Shown: positions 22,615 through 35,043, numbered from the stretch's first letter. The stretch is 64,000 nucleotides of DNA from Terriglobia bacterium (GCA_963748015.1 CAVVHE010000005.1:1-64000); one strand, 5' to 3'. Made by a program: numbers and translations. The notes: a model not told the origin generated them from the sequence alone.

Positions 22615-23118
22615 TCAGGGGTGTGCATTCGGAGCCGTGGGCACCAGCGGGACGGCACCGGCCAATTGCAGGCGCAGGGCCAGTTCGAGGCGGTGTTCCA
22701 GCTGCGCCCAGCGCAGCGTCTTGGTGGCGGGGAGGATCTTGCCGGCCCTCTTGAGATACGAGGCCCGCTTGTCCCCCATCTGCTTTTCCAGGGCCAGCAT
22801 GTCCTTCAGCAGTTGCCGGGCGCGATCCTCGGGCACGTCCGGGTAAAGGTCGGCATACTCGAGCGCGAGCTTCACCAGCCCGTCGCCGAGCTTCTCCATG
22901 TCCGCGCGGTAGGACCGGTAGAGCGGCCAGAAGGCCTGGGCTTCACTCTCGGTAAGCTGAAGCGTCTCGGCGACGATGGCCTGACGCTCGGTGCCGACGG
23001 CGGCGCGCATGAGTTCGATGGTATCGGTGACGTTCTCCGCCACCTGGGCGCGGGCGGGGAGGGCAAGCGCAGCCAGCAGGGCGGCCAGCAACAGTCTGCA
23101 GAGACGATGAGTGTTCAT
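22615..23118 (-). CDS. Exported helical hypothetical protein
   Basis: Signal peptide ending PARA-Q; motif LQLTESEAQAFWPLY. Confidence 0.8.
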   Translation of the reverse strand: MNTHRLCRLLLAALLAALALPARAQVAENVTDTIELMRAAVGTERQAIVAETLQLTESEAQAFWPLYRSYRADMEKLGDGLVKLALEYADLYPDVPEDRARQLLKDMLALEKQMGDKRASYLKRAGKILPATKTLRWAQLEHRLELALRLQLAGAVPLVPTAPNAHP

Positions 23119-23162
23119 GAGTTGAATCTGTTGTCGAACGGTTGAAATGAGTTCGGTCAAGG

Positions 23163-23936
23163 TCAGGGAGTGAAGTTGAGGGTGACGGGTTGTTGCAGTT
23201 TGAACTCGAGCAGGGTCCCTGGGACCACCGAGACGGTTTCACCCTTTTTCACTCCTGACGCCACGGCGCCGATGGCCGCACCCTTGGCGGCCCCCTCCCC
23301 GGCATCATCATCGTTGGCAATCGCGCCAATGGCCGCCCCGGCGGCGGCACCGCGTGCGGTCTTCTTCATGGACTTCGCGCCGGCAGTGCTGTAACCGCTG
23401 GTGACCATTGGAACCAGGTTTGGCCCCACAGCGATCTCGGTCAGCCGCAGATCGAGCTGGCTCTGGCCCGTCATCCGCCGGGCCTGCTCTGCGCTTTGGA
23501 CGCGACCGTAGACCTTGGTGCCGGCTTTGGCCACCACCGTGCCGTTCACCACGAGATCGGTGTCGAGCTTCGTGGTGAACCGTTTGCCCTGCGGATCCTT
23601 CGACGACACCGGATCCTCCAACCGAACCAGCAACGCAGTACCGGCAGGAATCGTCACTGCCTTGGGTGCCGGAGCCGCCGGGGCGGCTGCCGCTGGCGCC
23701 GGGGTTGGAGCTGCGGACGCCGCCGCCGGGGCCGCGCCGGTGAAGGTCAGGGCCAGGGCCTGGCCGGTTTCGATGACTTGCACGCCGGCGCTGGTTTCGA
23801 AGCGGATCGTGCCGGCGGTGCCGCCGACATACCTGCCGTTGAGGGTCTTGCCGTTCTTGAGTTCGAGCACATCGGCCTGGATGTGAAACGCCGCCAGAAC
23901 GGTCAGTGCCATGCTGATGAAGTGATGATGTTTCAT
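23163..23936 (-). CDS. Exported protein with Ala/Pro linker, beta-rich domain and glycine zipper
   Basis: Signal peptide; ADVLELKNGKTLNG; IPAGTALLVRL; GAAAGAAIGAI. Confidence 0.8.
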   Translation of the reverse strand: MKHHHFISMALTVLAAFHIQADVLELKNGKTLNGRYVGGTAGTIRFETSAGVQVIETGQALALTFTGAAPAAASAAPTPAPAAAAPAAPAPKAVTIPAGTALLVRLEDPVSSKDPQGKRFTTKLDTDLVVNGTVVAKAGTKVYGRVQSAEQARRMTGQSQLDLRLTEIAVGPNLVPMVTSGYSTAGAKSMKKTARGAAAGAAIGAIANDDDAGEGAAKGAAIGAVASGVKKGETVSVVPGTLLEFKLQQPVTLNFTP

Positions 23937-24196
23937 GGTGCGGTGAGAATGTTTGTTGTTGGCGAAAATGAACTTCCTGGAGAGTGCCCTCCCCGGATCA
24001 CAACTGCAAGCAGCCTTGAGCAGCACGAAAGTTCACCGGTCGATCCAGCAGGTCTTGCCACGACACATCACGCATTTTACTCCGGCGGCAGCCCGGTGGA
24101 GGTGAGAATCCGATGAATCCCCAGCTGATCGTCGAAGCGTTGCCAGTGAGGAAAGTTTGACAGTTGCCCCCTGTTGGCCTAACGAAGACCCAGCAC

Positions 24197-24907
24197 ATGA
24201 ACACTGACACAAGCGTCAATTACCTGGCCTGGGGAGCGGACAATATTGCCTACGGACCGGTCGAGCTGCCAGGCCTGGTGACGTGGATCAAGCAGGGCAA
24301 GGTTCTGGCGAATTCATGGGTGTTCCGGGAGCGGGACCGCACTTGGTCACGCGCGTCCGACCTGGCGGAACTGAAGATCCTGTTCAAGTCCAAGCTGCCC
24401 CCGACTGCGGCTGCCGCCGCCGACGCGATGGGAATCCAGCCCGGCTCACTGCGGCGCATCAAGATGCTGGCGGACGTGGACGAGCGTTTGCTGGCCTCGC
24501 TGCTGACCTACATGGAGGTGGTCAGGGTTCCGGGATTCGGCGCGGTCTTCAACAAAGGCGATCATGGCGACGCGCTGTTCATGGTGCTGGAAGGCGAGGT
24601 GCGGGCGCGGGTGATGGTGGGAGGGCAGGAAACGACCCTGACCACGATGGGCGTGGGCGAATGTTTCGGCGAGCTGGCCATTGTGGACCAGGGTCCACGT
24701 TCGGCCGATGTCATCGCCAACCAACCCAGCGTGTTGATCAAGGTGTCGGACGCCGCCCTGCGGAAGATGTTCGCGGAAGCCCCCGCGCTGGCCGCTCCCT
24801 TCACGCTGGCATTGACGCGGGTGATTGCGCACCGGGTGCGGACGCTCACGAAGCGATACGAGGATTCCATCCACTTTTCACGCGCGGCCGGTGCCGCTGA
24901 AATGTAG
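24197..24907 (+). CDS. GYF_2-like domain plus cyclic-nucleotide-binding domain protein (no HTH)
   Basis: N-terminal YGPVELPGLVTWIKQGKV...W; phosphate-binding cassette GECFGELAIVDQGPRSADV. Confidence 0.88.
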   Translation: MNTDTSVNYLAWGADNIAYGPVELPGLVTWIKQGKVLANSWVFRERDRTWSRASDLAELKILFKSKLPPTAAAAADAMGIQPGSLRRIKMLADVDERLLASLLTYMEVVRVPGFGAVFNKGDHGDALFMVLEGEVRARVMVGGQETTLTTMGVGECFGELAIVDQGPRSADVIANQPSVLIKVSDAALRKMFAEAPALAAPFTLALTRVIAHRVRTLTKRYEDSIHFSRAAGAAEM

Positions 24908-24963
24908 TCGGATCCTCTCCGCGCACCGCAAGACCTGGCATGGGTTGGCAGTCCGGGTCGGTA

Positions 24964-25302
24964 TCAGCGGCTGGCCAACTCCACCCAAGCCGCGAGGCAC
25001 GCGATGTGGAACGTCTGATCGAGCCAGATCGCGATCGTGCCGGCGTCCGGTGCCTTGGCGCACTTCTTGAAGACGCGAATCCACCACTCCAGGGGCACCC
25101 GGGTATCAATCAGCAGGTGAATGAATCCGAGCACCAACCCGGCCCGCCAGTCGAGCGCGATACCCAGGCACAGCGCGTGGATGGCGGCGTGAACCCAGGC
25201 GGCGGGATGGCGCAGGCTCCGCTTGTTCAGCGCCATCCAGTCGTTTTGCAAAATCCAATCCGCCACCAGATGGGCTACCAGTCCTCGCTCGAACGGGGTC
25301 AT
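24964..25302 (-). CDS. DUF3307 family membrane protein
   Basis: AHLVADWILQ, HAAIH, HLLIDTR, DQTFH. Confidence 0.85.
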   Translation of the reverse strand: MTPFERGLVAHLVADWILQNDWMALNKRSLRHPAAWVHAAIHALCLGIALDWRAGLVLGFIHLLIDTRVPLEWWIRVFKKCAKAPDAGTIAIWLDQTFHIACLAAWVELASR

Positions 25303-25309
25303 CACGGGA

Positions 25310-25537
25310 TCAGAACCGGACGAATTGCCGGGGGTGCCGCGCGCGCGCCTGCTCCTTCTCGCGGGCCAGCTGCAACACGTCGCCTTCCGTCAGGGCGGGC
25401 ATTTCAAACCGGCCCAGCTCGCCGTTGATGCGTCCGATGGGCACCTCCACCGACTGAAGGCGCCGGTCCGATCCTTGGTGCTCAAGGAGCACGCCGAGCC
25501 GGTCCGCCAGCGTGGGCGAGTCTTGGGTAGCTTGCAC
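25310..25537 (-). CDS. Small hypothetical protein or 3' gene remnant
   Basis: 75-aa frame with high-GC3 codons ending just before DUF3307; GTG start is weak. Confidence 0.35.
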   Translation of the reverse strand: MQATQDSPTLADRLGVLLEHQGSDRRLQSVEVPIGRINGELGRFEMPALTEGDVLQLAREKEQARARHPRQFVRF

Positions 25538-25664
25538 GAGATGTCTCTTAGTCCCGACGTAATGGATTGTCGAGGTTGATCGTTGATTCCAACCCTGGTC
25601 CGTGGGTTGCCAGCTTTCTAAGCAGCAGGTGGCCCTGCCTTTGGCATCTGTGACGAGGTGGTTG

Positions 25665-25740
25665 AAAGCTCCGCAGGAGCGGCCTGTTGATAGCCAGTCG
25701 TCACCGAACCAACGTCAAGCCCCAGCGGGGCGGCATGGTT
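25665..25740 (+). repeat. REP dyad A
   Basis: aaaGCTCCgcaGGAGCggcctgttgatagcc...tcaaGCCCCagcGGGGCggcatgg. Confidence 0.85.
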
Positions 25741-25751
25741 TCTGGTCTTCA

Positions 25752-26219
25752 TCAATTATCATCCACCGGCTTGAACAGGTAGCGTTCATCATGCGGCACC
25801 TGGAATCTGTCGAGCAGGGCCAAATACTCCTGTCGAAACGTCTTGCGCGCGTGATGTTGTTCCTGGTTTTGGATGTAACGAATGACGGTGGTCAGATGGG
25901 AATGCGAATAGGAAAACGCGCCGAAACCTTCCTGCCAGCCGAAACGGCCCGCAACCCAGCGCTTGCGGTTGATGAAATTGGTCGCGCCGGTTTTGAGGTC
26001 ACCCACCAAATCAGAAAGGGCGATGTTCGGCTTTTGGCCGATCAGGATATGGGTGTGGTCGGGCATGCAGTGAATGGCCAGCTGCTTTTGGCCCTGCGCG
26101 GTCACAATGCCGGTCATGTATTTCTGAAGCTCCTCCTTCCATTCCCGGCGGACAAGATTTTGCCGTCCTTCCACAGCGAAGACAACCTGAATGTAAATTT
26201 GGGTGTATGTGTTTGCCAT
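25752..26219 (-). mobile_element. tnpA: Y1 HUH transposase (IS200/IS605 TnpA superfamily, RAYT-like)
   Basis: HUH motif DHTHIL, WQEGFGAFSYS, catalytic tyrosine in RYIQNQ; 155 aa; no tnpB. Confidence 0.93.
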
Positions 26220-26224
26220 AGGTG

Positions 26225-26293
26225 ATGCCGCTCCTACGGAGCTTGATTCATTGGTTGGTAGATTTCTATAAACAGGTCGCTCCTACGGAGCTG
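26225..26293 (-). repeat. REP dyad B (inverted relative to A and C)
   Basis: atgccGCTCCtacGGAGCttga...ctataaacaggtcGCTCCtacGGAGCtg. Confidence 0.85.
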
Positions 26294-26408
26294 CGGTCGT
26301 GCGGCCAACTGCCAACCCGACCCACCCATCTTGGCCACTGCGTCCGGTTGGTCGGCCAGCAGCTCGAAAAGTTTGATGAACGCGGCACGGGTCATGGGCG
26401 GCGGGTGA

Positions 26409-26484
26409 AAAGCTCCGTAGGAGCGGCCTGTTTGTAGCCAATCGTCTCCCAATGCATATCAAGCCCCAGCGGGGCGGCATGGTT
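26409..26484 (+). repeat. REP dyad C
   Basis: aaaGCTCCgtaGGAGCggcctgtttgtagcc...tcaaGCCCCagcGGGGCggcatgg. Confidence 0.85.
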
Positions 26485-26521
26485 CCGGTTTTCATCAATC
26501 GCCTCCACGGGTAGATCCAGG

Positions 26522-28055
26522 TTAACCCGGGTCTGAAGCGGCAGCCAGCCGCGCCGCCGTCTGTTGCACCCACACGTTGAGCTCCGGCGAAACCGAGGTG
26601 AACCGGATGCGGGTCTGGGCCGACGCACCCGCAACGGTCCCCATCACCTTGGCGTAAATCTCACCACCAGAGTTTTCCCCGGTCACCGCTGCGAGCTCGA
26701 TCTTGACGTTGCTCAGCGGCACCAGCGTCAGTTGGGACTCCATGCCCGCCTCGGAGTCGGACACGGCCACCAGCCGGCCTTCATGCACGGTGCGCCCGAC
26801 GAATTTCTCCTCCAGCACGGTGAAGCGGATCGGCAGTGGCTGCGGCAGCGGACAAAGCACGGTGGCTTTGGACGGCAACGAAAGATGGAACGGTTCGCCG
26901 ATGCCGCCGACTTCGTGCAACTGCAACCGCTCCTTTGCGCCTTTGGGTTCCACCTGGAACTGCGCGTCCAGCCGCAGCGGCGATTTGACCTTTTCGCGCA
27001 CATTCTCTGAAATCAAGATCTGCCCACCGGTCGTGAAGGACTCGATCCGCCCGGCGAGGTTCACGTTCGAGCCGACCGCGGCGTACTTCGTCCGGCGCAA
27101 CGAGCCGATGTTGCCAACGATGACCCGGCCCGTGTGGATGCCGATGCCCATTTCCAGTTCCGCGGCACCTTTGGCCACGAGGCGCTGGTTGACCTCGGTC
27201 ATGGCCAGTTGCATCGCCAGACCGCACGCGACCGCCTTCGCGGCGTGGTCGTCGCAGGCCAGCGGTGCGCCGAAGATGACCAGGATGGCGTCACCGATGA
27301 TCTCGTCAATCGTGCCTTCGTAACGGCTGATGACGTCCACCATCGCCTCGAGGTAGAGGTTCAGGAATTCGATCACCTGGTGCGGGGTCAGCCGCGCGGC
27401 CAGGGCGGTGAAGCCGCGCAAGTCGGACATCAGAATCGTCACCTCCCGCTCCTCGCCGCCCAGTTCCAGGCCTTCGGGCGACTGCAGGATGCTGGCCGCC
27501 ACTTCCTCGGACACATAGCGTCCAAACGCACGGCGGACGAGTTCGTGGGCGCGGGCCAGTTCCGCCAATCGCTGCCGATCGAGGTCGCGCAACCGCTTCT
27601 TTTCCAGCGAGGTGGTGACGCGGGCGCGCAGCAGCGTGTGGATTGAAAGGCTTTGGGAGAAAATCCTCCGCGCCCAACTCGATGCACTTCACGGCATTCT
27701 CCATTTGATCGGCGCCGGAGATGACGATGACCGGCAGTCCGCCCAGGTCCTGATTGGCCTTGAGGGCCACGAGGACTTCCGTGCCGTTCATTTCCGGCAT
27801 TTCCATGTCGAGCAACATCAAGTCGAAGGGCTTCGCGAGCACCAGTTCGAGGGCCTGCCGTCCGTTGGGCGCCTCGGTAATGTTGCGAAAACCCAGGTCA
27901 TTCAGAGCGCGGATCAGCGCAAGTCGCATGGTGCGGCTGTCGTCCACCACCAGCACGGCCGCCTGCTGCAACGGGGCGGCGTTGGGGGCCGTCGCGGCAG
28001 CTTGGCGCGGCGCCGGATTGACGGCGGGTTTGGGATTCGAGCTTTCCTCGCTCAT
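26522..28055 (-). CDS. REC plus class III nucleotidyl cyclase (guanylyl-type signature) plus PilZ-like tail; frameshift near 27640
   Basis: REC: VVDDS, LLDMEMP, FLPKPF. Cyclase: TILMSDLRGFT, IDEIIGDA, RTKYAAVGSNVNLAGRIES. Confidence 0.9.
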
Positions 28056-28363
28056 GGCAAGTTCATTGGCGTGGGGGGCCGGGCGACAGATGCCGCGCTG
28101 CAAGCGGGCGGAGTGATTCCGCGCATGGACCCGGGATATCGAACAGGCCAGCTCAGGCAAAAGTCCGTTCGCCGCGAACCACCCACGTGGTTGTCCATCG
28201 CCTGTCGGCCTTTGGTGGCGAAGCGGAGCTGACAACCCCTGTCATTGAACGTGCCGGCCGGCGGCTGAATGTTGGCCGGCGTTTCGTCCGGGACCAGGAT
28301 GCGACAGCTCATTTGCATTCAACCCCGCCGGCGCGATGCCGGCACGATCGCGCTCCGTCGCGA

Positions 28364-28747
28364 CTACTTCTCCAAGTGTGAACGCTGGCGCACCGCCAGG
28401 TAGCGGTCCAACTCGGCGACGTCTTTGAACACGGCCACGCCCGGAAGCGACTTCATGATTTCGAAAACTTCCTGAATCTGCGGCTGCATGTGCATGAAGG
28501 AGGCCTGGCCGCCGCGTTCCTTGAGGATCTTGCGCGCGGAGGAGAACACCCGCAGCCCGGCGCTGCTGATGAACTTCAATTGCGCCAGGTCAAACACGAG
28601 GTCCTTGATCGCGCCGGCCAGCAGGGGCGCAAGTTGTTTCTCCAGTCCGGGCGCGGTGGCGGTGTCCAGACTGCCGGTGAGCTTCACGGTCGCGGTGCCG
28701 GAGTCTTTGCCGCCGAGGTTCTGTTGGATTTGGATTTCGAGAGGCAT
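28364..28747 (-). CDS. STAS anti-sigma factor antagonist (RsbV/SpoIIAA-like)
   Basis: GSLDTATAP; DLAQLKFISSAGLR with the conserved phospho-Ser. Confidence 0.9.
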   Translation of the reverse strand: MPLEIQIQQNLGGKDSGTATVKLTGSLDTATAPGLEKQLAPLLAGAIKDLVFDLAQLKFISSAGLRVFSSARKILKERGGQASFMHMQPQIQEVFEIMKSLPGVAVFKDVAELDRYLAVRQRSHLEK

Positions 28748-28801
28748 AATTCGTTGTGTGGTTTGATTATGTGCGGTTCGTCATTCGGATGAAAGGCAGT
28801 T

Positions 28802-29216
28802 TTATCGAATCGGCAGGTTCAGCCGCTTGGTCAAACGCAGGATGTTTTCACCGGCAACACGCTGGTAGCGGATTTCATCCATGCTGCGGCGGACGAGTTC
28901 GATGCCCCAGCCGCCGGGCAGATCATCGTCCTCGACCTGCCGCCTGCGTGTAGGCCCGGCCGTGGGATCAAACTCCGGTCCTCCATCCCGCAGCTCGATG
29001 ACAAACGCATCGGCTTCACGACCGAATTGGACGTGAAACACCCTTGACGCATCGCGCTTGAGACCATGATTCACCACGTTCGCTAGCACATTCCTCCAGG
29101 GCCAGCGCCAGACCGAACACCATCTTGTCCGGCACACCTTGTGACGGTGCGAACTCCTGCAACGCCTCGACGGCTCGCATCACTTCCTCAGGTGTGGCTC
29201 GAAGTTCAAGCGTCAT
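28802..29216 (-). CDS. Anti-sigma factor/Ser kinase (RsbW-like HATPase_c_2), frameshift near 29090
   Basis: LALALEE...NVVNHG, LRDGGPEFDP, GGWGIELVRRSMD. Confidence 0.85.
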
Positions 29217-29309
29217 GCTTCATCCATGGCTTGGGCTTTTGCTTCGAGTGGCATGTTGATGAGTCGATTCTTTCCCAATCGGTTCGAGTCTTCAAAGTCA
29301 ATTTCAGGT

Positions 29310-30548
29310 TCACGCGCCACTCTCGCCGGCATTGACCATCAGCGTCAGGATGGCGATGTCATCGGATTGCGGCGCGGCGCCGGCATGGGCGTGGACCTTC
29401 CGCAACAAACCGGTGGTCACGTCCAGGGCCGGCTGTCCAGCCAAAGCGCCTGCATCCGCAAGCAGCCGCGCGTCACCGTAACATTCGTCCTGCGGATTAA
29501 ACGCCTCGCTCACTCCGTCCGTGTAAAGAATCACGGCGTCGCCCGGCTTCAACTGCAGCTCCGAGCGCTCGAATTCCAGGCCCGGCTCAAAGCCGAGCGC
29601 GGTGCCGAGATTTCTCACCGCCCACCGCGGCGGCGCATTCGCGGGGAGCAGCACCGGCCGGCAATGCCCCGCATTGGCAACCGTCAACCGGCCGGATTCC
29701 GGCTCGAACATCGCGCACTGGAGCGTCACGAACATCCCCGACGGATTGTCCGCCGCCAGCTCGTCGTTGAGCCGGGCGAGAATACGCTCCGGCTCGGCGA
29801 TCTCGCGCGCCAGCAATCGCGCCAGGCTGATGGCCCGCACCATGAACATCGAGGCCGGAATGCCCTTGCCCGAAACATCGCCAATGAAGATCACCAACCG
29901 TCCCGGCCCGCCGGAGCAAACGCCGTAAAGATCACCGCCCACTTCACGGGCCGGTTCGAGCACTGCACCGAAGCTAACGCCGTGGGCCCGTTCAAACGGC
30001 GTGAAGTCGTGCGGCAACATGCCCATCTGGATTTCCCGGGCCACGCGCAGTTCGCTGGCAATCTGTTCCTTCACCGCATCGGTGTGCGCCTTGGCCTTGA
30101 GCAGCGAGCGCACGCGGGCTCTCACCTCCAGCACGTCGAATGGTTTGGTGAGATAATCGTTCGCACCCGCCTCGAAGCCACGCGTCTTGCTTTGCACCTC
30201 CTCGAGCGACGACAGGAACATAATTGGCACTTCCGCCATCTCCGGCGTCTGCCGCAACCGGCGACACACCTCGTAACCATCCAGGCCGGGCATCACGATG
30301 TCGAGCAACACCAGGTCCGGCGGCTTCCGCGCCGCGACTTGCAATGCCATCTCGCCGTTGGTCGCCTCGGTGATGTTGCGAAAACCAAGGTCCTTGAGCG
30401 CGCGGATCAGCGCGAGCCGCATGGTGCGGCTGTCGTCCACCACCAGCAAGGCCGCATCCTTTGACGGGTCGGCAGCCTGATCAGCCGCGGAATTGACGGG
30501 CGGCGCCGGGTTCGCGGGCGATTGGGGATTGGGATTTTGCTCGTTCAT
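29310..30548 (-). CDS. REC plus PP2C/SpoIIE phosphatase (RsbU-like)
   Basis: REC domain, then EVGGDLY, IGDVSGKG, NAGH, LYTDGVSEA, QSDDIA. Confidence 0.93.
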   Translation of the reverse strand: MNEQNPNPQSPANPAPPVNSAADQAADPSKDAALLVVDDSRTMRLALIRALKDLGFRNITEATNGEMALQVAARKPPDLVLLDIVMPGLDGYEVCRRLRQTPEMAEVPIMFLSSLEEVQSKTRGFEAGANDYLTKPFDVLEVRARVRSLLKAKAHTDAVKEQIASELRVAREIQMGMLPHDFTPFERAHGVSFGAVLEPAREVGGDLYGVCSGGPGRLVIFIGDVSGKGIPASMFMVRAISLARLLAREIAEPERILARLNDELAADNPSGMFVTLQCAMFEPESGRLTVANAGHCRPVLLPANAPPRWAVRNLGTALGFEPGLEFERSELQLKPGDAVILYTDGVSEAFNPQDECYGDARLLADAGALAGQPALDVTTGLLRKVHAHAGAAPQSDDIAILTLMVNAGESGA

Positions 30549-30938
30549 GGCGGGTTCCCGGGTCGGCGCGCGGAATCAACGGGATGATCCGGCCGACTTT
30601 TGCCAGCAATTCCTCCTCGCGAAAGGGTTTGGTCACGTAATCCCGCACGCCCAGGCGGGCTGCGGTGGAGATATATTCCGGGCCTGACTCCGTGGTCAGC
30701 ATGATGACGGGTGTCCGTTTGAGCGTGGGGGTTTCGCGCAATCTGCGCACCATGGTAATGCCGTCCATAACCGGCATGTTCCAATCCGAGAGGATGAGGT
30801 CGGGTGTCTCCTGGAGCGCGGCGGCCAGGCCCTCCTCTCCGTTGACGGCCTCTCGCCACTCGCAGGCAAACCGCGCAAAAAGGCGGGCCAGCGACAACCG
30901 GACCGTCTTGCTGTCGTCCACGTTGAGGATTCTCGGAA

Positions 30939-30942
<4 letters not shown>
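30481..30942 (-). CDS. Single-domain response regulator (CheY-like)
   Basis: NVDDS, LSDWNMP, MLTTE, YVTKPF. The 3' end overlaps the next gene and is uncertain. Confidence 0.88.
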
Positions 30943-32846
<1,904 letters not shown>

Positions 32847-32877
32847 GCGCGGGAACCCGATCCCGCCGACGGCAGGC

Positions 32878-34508
32878 TCAGAAGTTCTTGAAGTTGTCGT
32901 CATCCACGTCCAGCTGCCGGGTGGGCATCGCCGGGCATGGGGATGGCCTTGCGCTGGCCCGTGCCGAGGGTCTTGTGAGGCTGAGGACGGGGCCGCGGCC
33001 GCGCGGCGGGCTGGCTGCTGAATACGGTAACATGCGAGGCGAGCGCCAGGGATGGGGATGGCTGGGGCAGCCGTGTCCGCGCCGCCCACGAGTTGGCGGA
33101 GTTTGCCGACCATGTCCTTGAGCGACGCCGCCTGGGCATCGAGTTCTTCGGCCGCGCTGGCGCTTTCCTCGGCGCTGGCCGAATTGCTCTGGGTCACCTG
33201 GTCCATCTGGGTGATGGCGGTGTTGATCTGTTCGATGCCCTGGGCCTGTTCGCGGGCGGCGGTGGCAATCTCGGCAACCAACGCGTCGGTGGACGACACC
33301 TTGCTGGCGATCTGCGTGAGCGATTCGCCGACCTTGGCGCAACTGACGGAGCCATTGCGACTGCTGGCAATCGCCGCCTCGATTTTGTCCGCCGTTTCCT
33401 TCGCGGCGGCGGCGCTGCGCTGGGCCAGCGAGCGAACTTCGTCCGCGACCACCGCAAAGCCGGCGCCCGCCTCGCCGGCGCGCGCCGCTTCCACCGCGGC
33501 ATTCAACGCCAGGATGTTCGTCTGGAAGGCGATCTCATCAATGTTCTTGACGATCTTGGCGACCTCGGCGCTGGAGGTGTCAATGGCTGCCATCGCCTGG
33601 GTCATCTCGACCATGGTGCGGGAACCGGCCTGGGCCACGGCATGGGCCTCGCCCGCCAGCGTCTTGGCTTTCTCGGCGTTGTCGGCGGTGGAGCGGATCA
33701 TGCTCGAGATTTCCTCCAGCGAGGCGCTGGTTTCCTCCACGGACGCCGCTTGTTCGCTGGCGCCGGACGAGAGGTTCTGGCTTGCCGCCGAGACCTGGCG
33801 CGCGGCGGAGGCGGTTTGCGTGGCGCCCTGGTCGAGGTTGCCCGCGAGGTCGCGCAGCACGCGGTTGGTCGAGCGGACGATTTGCCAGGACTAAGAGGCC
33901 GGCCACCAACAACGCCGCCGCCGAGCGCGAGGCCAATGAGCCGGACGCCGGATTGGGCGGCTGCCTTGCCGGTCTTGGCCGCGTTCGTTCCCTGGTTCTC
34001 CTTGTGATCAATCAGGGCGCTGATCGCCTCGACGGTCGCTTCGTAAGCCGGGATGACCTTTTCCGCCAGCAGCTTCTTGTGTTCTTCCGCCTTGCCCTCG
34101 CGAACCAACTCGAGATACGGGGTGCGGGCCGCGATGAAGGCCGCGCGGGCCTTTTTCACCTCCTCAAAGAGCCGGCGACCTTCGGCGTCCAAAATCAGCG
34201 GTTCGTATTGTTTGAACAATTCGTCAATGCGCGTCGCGGTTCTCGGCGATGCGTTCCTCGATGGCCTTGCGCTGGTCAGCCGATTCCGCCTGGCTGTATT
34301 GCAGGATGGTGAAGATGTTGTCGCGCGTGCTCCCGGCGCATTCGCGCAGGTTGAGGATGGCGGGCAGAGTGTTGTCCGCCAACCGGGTGATGGACTGGCT
34401 GAGCGTCCGTGCAACCGCCAGAAGGCGAATGGCGCCGAGCACAACCGAAATCAGCAGCATGGCGGCGAAGCCGAAGATGATCCGACGAGAGATGGTCCAG
34501 GAGTTCAT
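32878..34508 (-). CDS. Methyl-accepting chemotaxis protein (4HB sensor, short signalling domain), frameshifted
   Basis: TM1, helical periplasmic domain, [38 protein letters not shown]-terminal DDDNFKNF. Confidence 0.92.
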
Positions 34509-35039
34509 ACAGTTTGGTTTGGTTTTGAGAATTCGTTGTTGGGGGCGGAACAAGAGTCAGCAGGCCTTCCTTGAGGAAAACCTTGTCGAGGTCGAGCAGC
34601 GTCTTGACGCCGCCGTGGATGGTGGCCATGCCGAGGATGTAATCCGTATTGGGCGAACCGCCAAAATCCGGGGTCGGTTCGAGTTCCTTCTCGCCCAGTT
34701 GGACCACTTCCTCGACGGCGTCCACGATGGCGCCCATCAGCATGACGGTGGCGGGCGGGGCGCCGACCTGGACGACGATAATGCAGGCGCGTTCGCCGTA
34801 GCTCTCGGTCGAGAGCTGGAACTTGGCCCGGAGGTCGAGGATCGGAATGACTTTGCCCCGGAGATTGATGACGCCCTTGATGTACTCCGGCATCCGGGGG
34901 ACCGGCGTGATGGGACACAGGCGGATGATCTCGCGAACGCCAAGACCGGCAACCCGTAGGACTCGCGGCCCAACCGGAAGGTCAGGTAGCGCCCCGGCTT
35001 GGCGGCGGTGGCGGCCGCAGGAGAAGAGTCCGTCGTCAT
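34505..35039 (-). CDS. cheW: Chemotaxis adaptor CheW, frameshift near 34940; 3' end uncertain
   Basis: YLTFRLGRESYG, GVINLRGKVIPILDLR, GAIVDAVEEV. Confidence 0.88.
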
Positions 35040-35043
35040 AGGT

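Noticed and set aside
25665..26484. CRISPR-like array
   Set aside because: Repeats are 13-nt hairpins in mixed orientation with irregular spacing; no cas genes.
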